Part shown: positions 15,516-23,420 of the stretch, piece by piece
How the letters are laid out: the number at the start of each line of letters is the position of its first letter
Numbering within the stretch: position 1 is the first letter of the stretch
Assembly: GCA_041742415.1 (NCBI GenBank)
Contig: JBGSIR010000103.1
Location: 1-32,820, forward strand
From: Fimbriimonadaceae bacterium
GTDB lineage: Bacteria > Armatimonadota > Fimbriimonadia > Fimbriimonadales > Fimbriimonadaceae
Length of the DNA: 32,820 nucleotides
Direction: 5' to 3'
The notes under the pieces: model-generated
What the model was told of the DNA's origin: nothing
What the model saw: the letters and a program-made list of their open reading frames with translations, nothing else
Database searches by the model: none
Translations under genes and position numbers: made by a program

Positions 15516-16988
15516 ATGTCGGAAGAGCGCGAGCTGAGACAGGTGCGGCTGGACAAGCTGGCCCGGATGCGGGAGATGGGGTTTGACCCCTTTGCGGCGG
15601 AGCGCTTCCCCTTCGAGAAATCCGCTCAGCAGCTCCTAGACGGCTTTGAAGAGGGCGCCGAGGTGCGCTTTGCCGGGCGGCTCGTGAGCCTGCGCCACAT
15701 GGGCAAGGCGGCCTTTGCCCACATCAGCGACGGCGAGGCCCGCATCCAGGGCTACTTCCGCCGCGATGAGCTGCCCGAGGGCCAGTTCGAGGCCTTCAAG
15801 CTCATGGACATCGGCGACCACATCGGCGTCGAAGGAAAGCTATTCCTCACCCGGACCGGCGAGAAGTCGATCGAGGTGGCCTCGCTCACCCCGCTCAGCA
15901 AGGCGCTGCAGACCCTGCCGCTGGGCAAGGAGAAGGACGGCGAGCAGTGGTATGGCCTCACCGACGTGGACCAGCGCTACCGGCACCGGCACCTGGACCT
16001 CATCGCCAACCACGACTCACGCAAGGCCCTGCTCGACCGCTCCCGCATCGTGGCGGCTGTTCGCCAGTGCTTCTATGATTGGGGCTTCCTGGAAGTCGAG
16101 ACACCGATTTTGCAGCTGGAGGCCGGAGGCGCCGCCGCCCGCCCTTTCCTCACCCACTTCAACGCCTACGATCTGCAGGTCAAGCTCCGCATCTCGCTGG
16201 AGCTGTATCTGAAGCGCATCATCTGCGGCGACGTGCCCAAGGTGTTCGAGCTCGGCCGCGTGTTCCGCAACGAGGGCGTCTCCAACCGCCATAACCCCGA
16301 GTTCACGCTGCTGGAATGGTACGAGGCCTACACCAATCTGGAGGACCAGATGGAGCGGGTTGAGGGCGTCTTCCGAGCGGCCTGCCTGGCCATCTACGGC
16401 ACGACCGAGCGGCACGGGGTGGACTTTGGCAAGCCGTGGCATCGGCTGGACCTGCTCACCGCCATCCAAGACCGCGCCGGCATTGCGCCGGAGGAGCTGC
16501 AGAGCGTGGAGACCGCGAAGGCCGCCATGGCCCGCGTCGGCCTGCCGACCGAGAAGGAGGACAACCTGGGCGGGATCATTGAGAAGCTGCTGGAGCGGTT
16601 CGTGGAGCCGCACCTCATCGAGCCCACCTTCATCGTCGGCTACCCCATCGAGACTTCCCCGCTGGCTAAAAAGGACCCCCTGCGCCCGGGCTTCACCCGC
16701 CGGTTCGAGGGCTATGTGCTGGGCCGCGAAGTCTGCAACGCCTTCAGCGAAATCAACGACCCCATCGATCAGCGCGAGCGGTTTGACCACCAGCTCAGCG
16801 AGCGCGACAAGGGCGACGACGAGGCGCACCCGATGGACGAAGAGTTCATCTATGCGCTGGAGTGCGGCATGCCCCCCTGCGGCGGAGTCGGCATCGGCAT
16901 CGACCGCATGGTCATGCTCCTCACCGGCGCCGACCACGTCCGCGAGGCCCTGCTCTTCCCGATGATGAAGCCGGACGTCCGGGACTAA
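15516..16988 (+). CDS. lysS: Lysine--tRNA ligase (class II)
   Basis: An OB-fold anticodon-binding region is followed by RYRHRHLDLI. Class II motifs include FLEVETPIL, KVFELGRVFRNEG.S.RHNPEFT.LE.Y and GGVGIGIDRMVMLLTG. Confidence 0.95.
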   Translation: MSEERELRQVRLDKLARMREMGFDPFAAERFPFEKSAQQLLDGFEEGAEVRFAGRLVSLRHMGKAAFAHISDGEARIQGYFRRDELPEGQFEAFKLMDIGDHIGVEGKLFLTRTGEKSIEVASLTPLSKALQTLPLGKEKDGEQWYGLTDVDQRYRHRHLDLIANHDSRKALLDRSRIVAAVRQCFYDWGFLEVETPILQLEAGGAAARPFLTHFNAYDLQVKLRISLELYLKRIICGDVPKVFELGRVFRNEGVSNRHNPEFTLLEWYEAYTNLEDQMERVEGVFRAACLAIYGTTERHGVDFGKPWHRLDLLTAIQDRAGIAPEELQSVETAKAAMARVGLPTEKEDNLGGIIEKLLERFVEPHLIEPTFIVGYPIETSPLAKKDPLRPGFTRRFEGYVLGREVCNAFSEINDPIDQRERFDHQLSERDKGDDEAHPMDEEFIYALECGMPPCGGVGIGIDRMVMLLTGADHVREALLFPMMKPDVRD

Positions 16989-16997
16989 GATTCGCGC

Positions 16998-17031
16998 GGC
17001 CCAGCTCTACAAAGCTTGAGAGAGCTGGCCC
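16998..17031 (+). terminator. Hairpin after lysS (terminator candidate)
   Basis: CCAGCTCT-acaaagcttgag-AGAGCTGG forms an 8-bp perfect stem, extended by two G-C pairs across one mismatch. It starts 10 nt after the lysS stop. No T-run follows it. Confidence 0.4.
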
Positions 17032-17097
17032 GGAGGGCCCGAGAGGGTTGACCGCCGCCTCTTGCTCCAGCCTGTCAGCATTCACTGTGAGGCGGAG

Positions 17098-17128
17098 CCA
17101 ACCCGCCCAGGCTTGGGCGGGCGGTTGA
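17098..17128 (-). terminator. Hairpin after the dienelactone hydrolase gene (terminator candidate)
   Basis: CAACC/CGCCCA ... TGGGCG(GGC)GGTTG forms an 11-bp GC-rich stem with a 3-nt bulge. It lies 10 nt downstream of the minus-strand stop at 17139. No T-run follows it. Confidence 0.35.
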
Positions 17129-17138
17129 CTGAATGGGC

Positions 17139-17909
17139 TCAGCTCATGCGCTGGATGCCGAAGATCTCCTCAAGGAAGACCTCCAGCGCCATCCAGCTGC
17201 GGCGGTCGGCGTCGGCGTTGTAGGCGCTGCCGCCGGGCTTGGTGAAGGCGTGGGCGGCCAGGTTGTAGGCCACGAGCTGGTAGTCCACCGAGGCGTCGCG
17301 CATTTCGTCGAGGAATCCGTAGAACTGCTCACGCGGCACGGCGGGGTCTTGGCTGGCGTGGACGACCATCACCTTTGGCTTCACAACGCCAGGCTGGGCA
17401 GGAAGCGTGGAGTCGAGGCCGCCATGGAAGCTGACAACTCCCCGCAGGTCCGCGCCGCTCCGGGCGAGCTCCAGCACGCCTTTGCCGCCAAAGCAGTATC
17501 CGATGGCAGCCGTCTTGGAGGCGTCCACTTCGGGCTGAGCCTTCATCGCCTCAAGGCCGGCGGCCAGGCGTCCGCGATAGAGGGCCGGGTCGGCGTAGTA
17601 TTTGCGCGCCTCGGCGCCGCTTTCGGCGGGATTCTTGGGGCGCACGCCCTTGCCATAGATGTCGGCGACAAACGCCGTATAGCCGCGCTCGGCCAGCATC
17701 ATGGCGCGCATCATCTCATAGTCGTCCGGGCCATCCCAGTCATGAATGATCATCACCGCCGGGCGGGCGTCGTCGTTGTCGTGGGAGTCCCAAACGAGCT
17801 TGCCCTCAAGGGTCACGCCTTCGTGGACGTATTCGACTGAGCGGACTTCGGGGTGAGCAAAGGCCGTGCTGGCCAGAAAGGCGGCGGCAGAGAGGGTGAG
17901 GATGCGCAT
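17139..17909 (-). CDS. Dienelactone hydrolase family protein, exported
   Basis: Signal peptide MRILTLSAAAFLASTAFA. VMIIHDWDGPDDYE...AERGYTAFVADIYGKG and the nucleophile motif IGYCFGG are present, and FHGG/HAF elements match the alpha/beta-hydrolase DLH family. Confidence 0.85.
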   Translation of the reverse strand: MRILTLSAAAFLASTAFAHPEVRSVEYVHEGVTLEGKLVWDSHDNDDARPAVMIIHDWDGPDDYEMMRAMMLAERGYTAFVADIYGKGVRPKNPAESGAEARKYYADPALYRGRLAAGLEAMKAQPEVDASKTAAIGYCFGGKGVLELARSGADLRGVVSFHGGLDSTLPAQPGVVKPKVMVVHASQDPAVPREQFYGFLDEMRDASVDYQLVAYNLAAHAFTKPGGSAYNADADRRSWMALEVFLEEIFGIQRMS

Positions 17910-17937
17910 CCTCTCTTCTTACGAATGAATCGAGGCT

Positions 17938-18369
17938 TCAGTCTCGGCCCGCAGAGGAGCGGCCGATGCGGTTGAGGGCGTCGAAGATGCCGTCCTCAAT
18001 GCGGTCAAGATCCTCGGGCCGGAGAAGGTCGGCAAACTCGGTGAGCATCTGCGCTTCGATGCCGCCAATGAGCGCCAGACGAAGGTCCACAGGACGGTCG
18101 CTCAGAAGGCAGCTTTGGACCTCCAAGTTGATCTGCGCCCAGTCGGCGCGCAGGGCGATGTACCAGTAGGCCAGCGCTTCGGCGAGGTCCAGAGTCTCCG
18201 AGGTCTCGGAATAGGCGTGGGCCAGGCGGGTCAGGTCATCCAGCCTTCCGCTCAGCCGGGCGCGGGGCTGAGCGGTCGACATCGCGCTCCAACGGGACCC
18301 GGCCAGCTGGGCAATGCGCTGGTCGAGATTGAACCGCCGGATGCGTTCGAGGATGGCTTGAGGAGACAT
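17938..18369 (-). CDS. Hypothetical protein (143 aa, predicted all-helical)
   Basis: This ORF fills an otherwise empty interval. It is co-directional with the dienelactone hydrolase gene and 28 nt upstream of it. I recognise no motif. Confidence 0.5.
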   Translation of the reverse strand: MSPQAILERIRRFNLDQRIAQLAGSRWSAMSTAQPRARLSGRLDDLTRLAHAYSETSETLDLAEALAYWYIALRADWAQINLEVQSCLLSDRPVDLRLALIGGIEAQMLTEFADLLRPEDLDRIEDGIFDALNRIGRSSAGRD

Positions 18370-18536
18370 ATGGGCCGGTGCTTGGGGAATCTACGTGATG
18401 CTTGCGCTGTCGTTCGCAAGAAAGGGGATGCCGCCGCTGACGCCGCTGACTTGAACCCTGCCTGAACAACGGACCGGCTCAGGTCTCTGACTCAGAAAGG
18501 GGGCCGTATGTCAGACTTTCGGCAGGACTCTCCCCT

Positions 18537-21179
18537 ATGAGCGACAAAGCCGTGCGCAGCCTCCAATCCTCCGACCTCAAGCGCCTCGACTGGCGATCTG
18601 TGGGCCCCGCCATCATGGGAGGCCGCGTGGCCTGCCTCGCCTTTGAGCCGGGCAATGCCAAGCGGTTCTATGTCGGCTTCGCCGCCGGCGGGCTCTGGGT
18701 GACCGACAATCATGGCATCACGCTGAAGCCCATCTTCGACGACCAGGAGACCGCCAGCATCGGCTCAATTGCCATCACCCATGCACCCGCCGACTGGAAA
18801 GGCTGGACCGCCGAGGAGAAGAAGGAGGGCAAAAAGAAGCTCGCCGAGATGGGCCAGGGCCGCATCCTTTGGGTGGGCACCGGCGAAGGCAACGGGCGCA
18901 ACAGCAGCAGCTGGGGCCACGGCGTCTACCGCTCCACCGACAAGGGCAAGACTTGGCAGCACTGCGGCTTGGAGGACAGCCACGACATCCCTGCCATCGC
19001 GGCCCACCCCAGGGACCCCGACACCTGCTGGGCGGCCTGCGCCGGTCACCTGTGGGGACCGAACGAGACGCGGGGAGTCTATAAGACCACCAACGGCGGC
19101 AAAAAGTGGAAGCGAGTGCTCTCCGCCGATGACCTCACCGGAGCCATCGACCTCAAAATCGACCCGAACAACCCGGACATCCTCTTTGCCGCGCTCTGCC
19201 GGCGAGAGCGCAAGGCCCACAGCTTCTTCTGCGGCGGCGAATCCGGAGGGATCTTCAAGAGCACCGACGGCGGCGAGACTTGGACCAAGCTCACCGAGGG
19301 CCTGCCCAAGAGCGTCGGCCGCATCGGGCTCGACATTTTCCGTGGCGACTCCAGCAAGATCATTGCCTGCGTTCAGAGCGATGAAGGCGGCACCGCTGAC
19401 ATCCGCGACGACCGAAGCCGCGCGGGCGGAGTCTTCCGCAGCGACGATGGCGGCGCCACCTGGACTCGCCTGAGCCAGCGCACGCCGCGGCCGTTCTATT
19501 TCTCCACCATCTGCTTTGACCCCAAAGATGATCAGCGGGTCTATCAGAGCGGCTGGTACGTCGAGGTGAGCGACGACGGCGGGCGGACTTTCCGCGCCGA
19601 CATGGGCGTGAAGATGCACGTCGACATGCACGCCCTCATCGTGAACCCCGAGGACCCTGACCATTTGGTGAACGGCTCCGACGGCGGCGTCTATGTCTCC
19701 TTTGACCGAGGCGCCAAGTGGAACTTCCTCAACACCATCGCGGTGGGTCAGTTCTACAACATCAGCCTCGACGATTCGGACCCTTACCGCATCATCGGCG
19801 GCCTTCAGGACAACGGAACCTGGGTTTGGCCGAGCAGCGGCATCCGGGAGAGCGGAAAAGAGGAGGACGGCACCCTCAACACCGGGCTCACCAATGGCGA
19901 TGTGCAGTATGTGAACTGGGGCGACGGCTTCCACGCCGATTTCGACCCGACCGACAAGGATGTGGTCTATGCCGAGTGGCAGGGCGGCAACCTGACACGG
20001 ATGAACATGCGCACCGGCAAGCGCGAGCTGCTGGCTCCCAAGGCCGCCGAGGGCCAAGCAGCGTTCCGGTTCAACTGGAACTCGCCCTTTTTTGTCTCGC
20101 CGCACAACCCCAACGTGATCTATCTGGGCGGCAGCGTCATCTTCCGCATGACGGAGCGCGGCGAGAAGTGGGAGGTCATCAGCCCCGACCTCACGACCAA
20201 TGACCCCGCCAAGACGGGCCGATCTGGCAGCTCGGCGGAGAACCACTGCACGGTGGTGTCGCTGGCCGAATCGCCGCTGGTGGAAGGGCTCCTTTGGGCG
20301 GGCTCCGACGACGGCCTGGTGCATGTGCGCCTGGGCGGAGAGTGGAAGAACGTGACCCCCAAGGCGGCCGCCGGACGCTACGTGAGCCGCATTGAGGCTT
20401 CGCCTCACGCCGCCGCCACGGCTTTCATGAGCCTGGATGGCCACCGCAGCGACGACTACCGCCCCTGCATCCTCATGACGACCGACTCCGGCGCCACTTG
20501 GAAGGACATCACCGCCAACCTCCCCGACAAGTGGAGCGTGCATGTGGTGCGGCAGGATCTCGGCAACCCGAGCTGCCTTTACTGCGGCACCGAGCAGGCG
20601 CTGTGGGTTTCGCTGGATATGGGCGGAAGCTGGACCAAGATGCACGGCAAGAAGCTGCCGACCGTTCCGGTCTTCGACATCAAGCAGCATCCACGCACCC
20701 GCGACCTCGTCATCGCCACCCACGGCCGCAGCGTTTGGGTGCTGGATGACGGCTTTGTGTGGGAGGAAATGACCCCGGCCACGATGGGCAAAGGGCTCCA
20801 CCTCTTCGCTCCCCGCCCGGCTCAGCCACGGTGGATGCAGTGGTACAACGGCCTTTGGTCGGACCAGATCTTTCGTGCCGCCAATCGGCCGAACGGCGCC
20901 CTCATCTGCTACTGGGTGGGTGAATACACCGGAGACGACGTATCCATCTCCATCAAGAATGGCCAGAGATTGGAAGTCGCCGAGCTGAAGGGCTCCAACG
21001 CCCCCGGTCTCAACCGAGTGGTGTGGGATCTGCAGCCCAAGGAGGCGCAGCGCCTGCCCGACAACGGTCAGGAGCCTTGGCTGGACTTCTTTGTGCCCGC
21101 CGGTGAGTATGAAGTGACGGTGAAGATGGGTGACTTGGTGGAAAAGGGCGCGCTGATGGTGCTGCCCATGCCCGAATAG
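18537..21179 (+). CDS. Sortilin/VPS10-like BNR (Asp-box) repeat beta-propeller protein, paralogue of 1776..4376, with no evident signal peptide
   Basis: Asp-boxes include STDKGKTW, TTNGGKKW, STDGGETW, SDDGGATW, SDDGGRTF, SFDRGAKW, TTDSGATW and SLDMGGSW. It shares blocks with the first paralogue (GTGEGNGRNSSSWGHGVY, ISPDLTTND, ATHGRS.W). An in-frame stop at 18447 and the absence of ATG, GTG or TTG before 18537 fix the start. Confidence 0.85.
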   Translation: MSDKAVRSLQSSDLKRLDWRSVGPAIMGGRVACLAFEPGNAKRFYVGFAAGGLWVTDNHGITLKPIFDDQETASIGSIAITHAPADWKGWTAEEKKEGKKKLAEMGQGRILWVGTGEGNGRNSSSWGHGVYRSTDKGKTWQHCGLEDSHDIPAIAAHPRDPDTCWAACAGHLWGPNETRGVYKTTNGGKKWKRVLSADDLTGAIDLKIDPNNPDILFAALCRRERKAHSFFCGGESGGIFKSTDGGETWTKLTEGLPKSVGRIGLDIFRGDSSKIIACVQSDEGGTADIRDDRSRAGGVFRSDDGGATWTRLSQRTPRPFYFSTICFDPKDDQRVYQSGWYVEVSDDGGRTFRADMGVKMHVDMHALIVNPEDPDHLVNGSDGGVYVSFDRGAKWNFLNTIAVGQFYNISLDDSDPYRIIGGLQDNGTWVWPSSGIRESGKEEDGTLNTGLTNGDVQYVNWGDGFHADFDPTDKDVVYAEWQGGNLTRMNMRTGKRELLAPKAAEGQAAFRFNWNSPFFVSPHNPNVIYLGGSVIFRMTERGEKWEVISPDLTTNDPAKTGRSGSSAENHCTVVSLAESPLVEGLLWAGSDDGLVHVRLGGEWKNVTPKAAAGRYVSRIEASPHAAATAFMSLDGHRSDDYRPCILMTTDSGATWKDITANLPDKWSVHVVRQDLGNPSCLYCGTEQALWVSLDMGGSWTKMHGKKLPTVPVFDIKQHPRTRDLVIATHGRSVWVLDDGFVWEEMTPATMGKGLHLFAPRPAQPRWMQWYNGLWSDQIFRAANRPNGALICYWVGEYTGDDVSISIKNGQRLEVAELKGSNAPGLNRVVWDLQPKEAQRLPDNGQEPWLDFFVPAGEYEVTVKMGDLVEKGALMVLPMPE

Positions 21180-21187
21180 TCCCAGGC

Positions 21188-21219
21188 GGGGCGCGAAAGG
21201 AAACCAAACGCCGCGCCCC
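21188..21219 (+). terminator. Weak hairpin after the second BNR gene
   Basis: GGGGCGCG ... CGCGCCCC forms an 8-bp GC stem with a 16-nt A-rich loop, 9 nt after the stop. No T-run follows it. Confidence 0.25.
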
Positions 21220-21242
21220 TGCATTCGTCTAGAATAGAGACC

Positions 21243-21707
21243 ATGCTTGGAACCCTGATCCTTTCGACCATCCTCGCCCAGACTCCGCCTGCCCGGGTGG
21301 CCCAGCCCGAAGCTCAGAAGTGGCACACCAACTATGAGCAGGCCCTGGCCGCCGCCAAGAAGGACAACAAGCCGGTGATGATGTTCTTCACGGGCAGCGA
21401 CTGGTGCGGCTGGTGCATCAAGCTCAAGGACGAAGTCTTTTCGAAGCCTGAGTGGAAGACCTGGGCCAAGGGCGTTGTGCTGATGGAGCTCGACTTCCCC
21501 CGCGCCAAGGAGCAGACCGCCGAGATGAAGGCCCAGAATGTGAAGCTGCGCGACGCGCTTAAGATTCGCGGCTACCCGACTGTGGTCTTTGTGAACCATG
21601 AAGGCAAGGAAGTCGGCCGCACCGGCTATATGGCTGGCGGACCGAATCCTTGGATCGAAAACGCCAAGAAGCTCATGGCCAACAAGCCGGCCGTTGACGG
21701 CAGCTAA
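21243..21707 (+). CDS. Exported thioredoxin-fold protein (Thioredoxin_7/DUF255-like, CxxC)
   Basis: Hydrophobic N-terminus MLGTLILSTILAQ. The redox motif FFTGSDWCGWCIKL and the cis-Pro region GYPT fit a thioredoxin fold. Confidence 0.8.
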   Translation: MLGTLILSTILAQTPPARVAQPEAQKWHTNYEQALAAAKKDNKPVMMFFTGSDWCGWCIKLKDEVFSKPEWKTWAKGVVLMELDFPRAKEQTAEMKAQNVKLRDALKIRGYPTVVFVNHEGKEVGRTGYMAGGPNPWIENAKKLMANKPAVDGS

Positions 21708-21723
21708 GGCCCTCGCCACTTAT

Positions 21724-21755
21724 GCCTCCCCAAAGCGCTTTTGGGGAGGCTTTTT
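21724..21755 (+). terminator. Rho-independent terminator of the thioredoxin-like gene
   Basis: GCCTCCCCAAA-gcgct-TTTGGGGAGGC forms an 11-bp perfect stem followed directly by TTTTT. It lies between convergent genes and abuts the stop of the minus-strand cyclase gene at 21760. Confidence 0.8.
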
Positions 21756-21759
21756 CATG

Positions 21760-23373
21760 TCAGACGGCCGGCTTCAGGCCATACATGGGTTGGCCGTCGA
21801 CGACCGTGCCCAACGCGAGGCACTCTTCCGGCTCCAGCTGCTTTGCGGCGGCCTGGGTCAGGACGACTTGGCCAGTCTGGGCCGCCTTCTCGGCGTGGGC
21901 GGCGATGTCGATGACCTCCGTGAATTGGATGTCATCAAGGCTCCCCGCCAAGCTGCCCCAGTGCACCCCGATGCGGGCTTGAAAAGGCATTGAGAGGCGG
22001 TTCTTGACATTCACCGAAGCCAGCCCGCGCATGATCTCTTGGGCGGCTTCGGCGGTCTGACGCGGGTGCGGGAAGCTGGCGACCGCGCCGTCGCCGGCCG
22101 TGGAATGCACCTTGCCCCCTGCCTGTGCGCAGGCGCGGGCGATCAGCTCTTGGTAGAGCCCAAAGGAGTATTCGATGCTGAAGGTGTCGGCGCCCTGCTT
22201 CATCATCGTGCTCTTCACCGCGTCCACCACCATGACGGCGGCCTCCTGAGAAACGGGACGGAGGCGGTAAGAAAGCTCCATCAGCTCGGGAAGCAAAGCG
22301 GCGGGCTCGCCGCGCTCGGCTGCCCGTTTGCGGCGATGCGCCAAAGCCACCTTCCCTGCCCCGGCAGCGGCAATCATGATGAGTGAGTTCGCGCTATAGG
22401 ATGCCCAGGTCGTCCAGAGGCCCAAAGCCGCGGGGCTCATCGCAAAAATTCCAATCCCGCTGATGACCGACTGGATTCCCCACAGGCCAAGCGACTTGCG
22501 AAAGCTCGCCATGATCATCGGCGCCGCAACCGAAAGCAGCATCGCGGCCAGCGAAATGCTGATGAGAATTGCCATGGATGAGCCCGGCACGCTGGTCACG
22601 TCCCCTGTCATCAGGCCCCCACTAGGGTCAAGCGCTCTTGTCGTGAAGATCGAAATGAAGTTGACGAGCGCCAGGATGGAGCCGAAAACAAGCAAGCCTC
22701 GGCGCCGGAGAAACGGCGTGCGCCCGACAGAGCCAGGCTTTTGGCTGGCCGACTTCAGAACCGCCTCAATCTCAGCCACCCGCTGAATCATCTGGGCACG
22801 GCTCATGCGGGAGATGCGGCTCCGCTCACGCAGCATCACCCAGGCGCGCCTCGTCCAGGCGACAAAGGCAACGATGCCGCCCCACAGGAGCGCCATCATC
22901 AGCAAAGAGAGGACAAAGACGATCTGGCTGATCTCGACGCCTTCACGATCACTTCGCGGCAGGATTCCCCACCAGGCCATGCTGAGAAAAGATGCGCTGA
23001 AGGCCAGCAATGGGCGGCTTGAGAGCCACGCGCCCCAGAGCTGAAGGCCGAAGCCAACAAGAATCAAGACACCCCCGGCGCGTCCAATCTGCACGACATC
23101 CCACGCGCTGATGCCGACCAGGACGGACGACAAAACTGCCCCAAAGATCAATATGAATGCGCCATTGCGGCCAATCCACTGAGCCGCTCGGGCAAGGGCT
23201 CTTTGGATAGCGGACCAATCAATGACCGCGCGGCTGCCCGACTTGCGCTCCCTTTCCAGCCGCCGGGCGACGGATTCAAGGACGCGCTGATCCTCTTCTG
23301 AAAGCTGGATGGAGTGGCCGCCGAGGCTCCATTCAGCCCCAACTTCAATGGGCAGGCGGGGATCGTTGCTCAT
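21760..23373 (-). CDS. Polytopic membrane protein with a C-terminal class III nucleotidyl cyclase homology domain (possibly degenerate)
   Basis: About eight or more hydrophobic segments span residues ~70-340. The C-terminal domain has AAVMVVDAVKST (first metal Asp), GGKVHSTAGDGAVASF (second metal Asp) and RIGVHWG. The usual G..VN.AAR.E block reads EVIDIAAHAEK. Confidence 0.75.
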   Translation of the reverse strand: MSNDPRLPIEVGAEWSLGGHSIQLSEEDQRVLESVARRLERERKSGSRAVIDWSAIQRALARAAQWIGRNGAFILIFGAVLSSVLVGISAWDVVQIGRAGGVLILVGFGLQLWGAWLSSRPLLAFSASFLSMAWWGILPRSDREGVEISQIVFVLSLLMMALLWGGIVAFVAWTRRAWVMLRERSRISRMSRAQMIQRVAEIEAVLKSASQKPGSVGRTPFLRRRGLLVFGSILALVNFISIFTTRALDPSGGLMTGDVTSVPGSSMAILISISLAAMLLSVAAPMIMASFRKSLGLWGIQSVISGIGIFAMSPAALGLWTTWASYSANSLIMIAAAGAGKVALAHRRKRAAERGEPAALLPELMELSYRLRPVSQEAAVMVVDAVKSTMMKQGADTFSIEYSFGLYQELIARACAQAGGKVHSTAGDGAVASFPHPRQTAEAAQEIMRGLASVNVKNRLSMPFQARIGVHWGSLAGSLDDIQFTEVIDIAAHAEKAAQTGQVVLTQAAAKQLEPEECLALGTVVDGQPMYGLKPAV

Positions 23374-23387
23374 GAGCTGCAGAGTCC

Positions 23388-23408
23388 GGGGCAGGGTGTG
23401 CCTGCCCC
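23388..23408 (-). terminator. Hairpin between the rpoC stop and the cyclase-like gene start (terminator/attenuator candidate)
   Basis: In minus-strand sense, GGGGCAGG-cacac-CCTGCCCC forms an 8-bp GC stem 12 nt after the rpoC stop codon and 14 nt before the next ATG. No U-run follows it. Confidence 0.4.
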
Positions 23409-23420
23409 AGACGTTCTACC

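Noticed and set aside
17041-17100. Additional stems (CCGCCTC...GAGGCGG with a 27-nt loop, and repeated GGTTGAC words) in the lysS/hydrolase convergent spacer, considered as a possible sRNA.
   Set aside because: There are no promoter-like elements and I cannot assess conservation. The stems are adequately explained as terminator-region structure between convergent genes.
18433-18450. A tandem 9-mer, GCCGCTGAC twice, in the divergent intergenic region.
   Set aside because: Two copies of a GC-rich 9-mer in a GC-rich genome can easily arise by chance or slippage. There is no array structure, so it is not CRISPR-like or a clear iteron.
18765-21719. A 984-aa minus-strand ORF opposite the second BNR gene and the thioredoxin-like gene.
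   Set aside because: It is antisense to genes with clear Asp-box and CxxC motifs and crosses their intergenic region and hairpin. Its composition is typical of a GC-rich shadow ORF.
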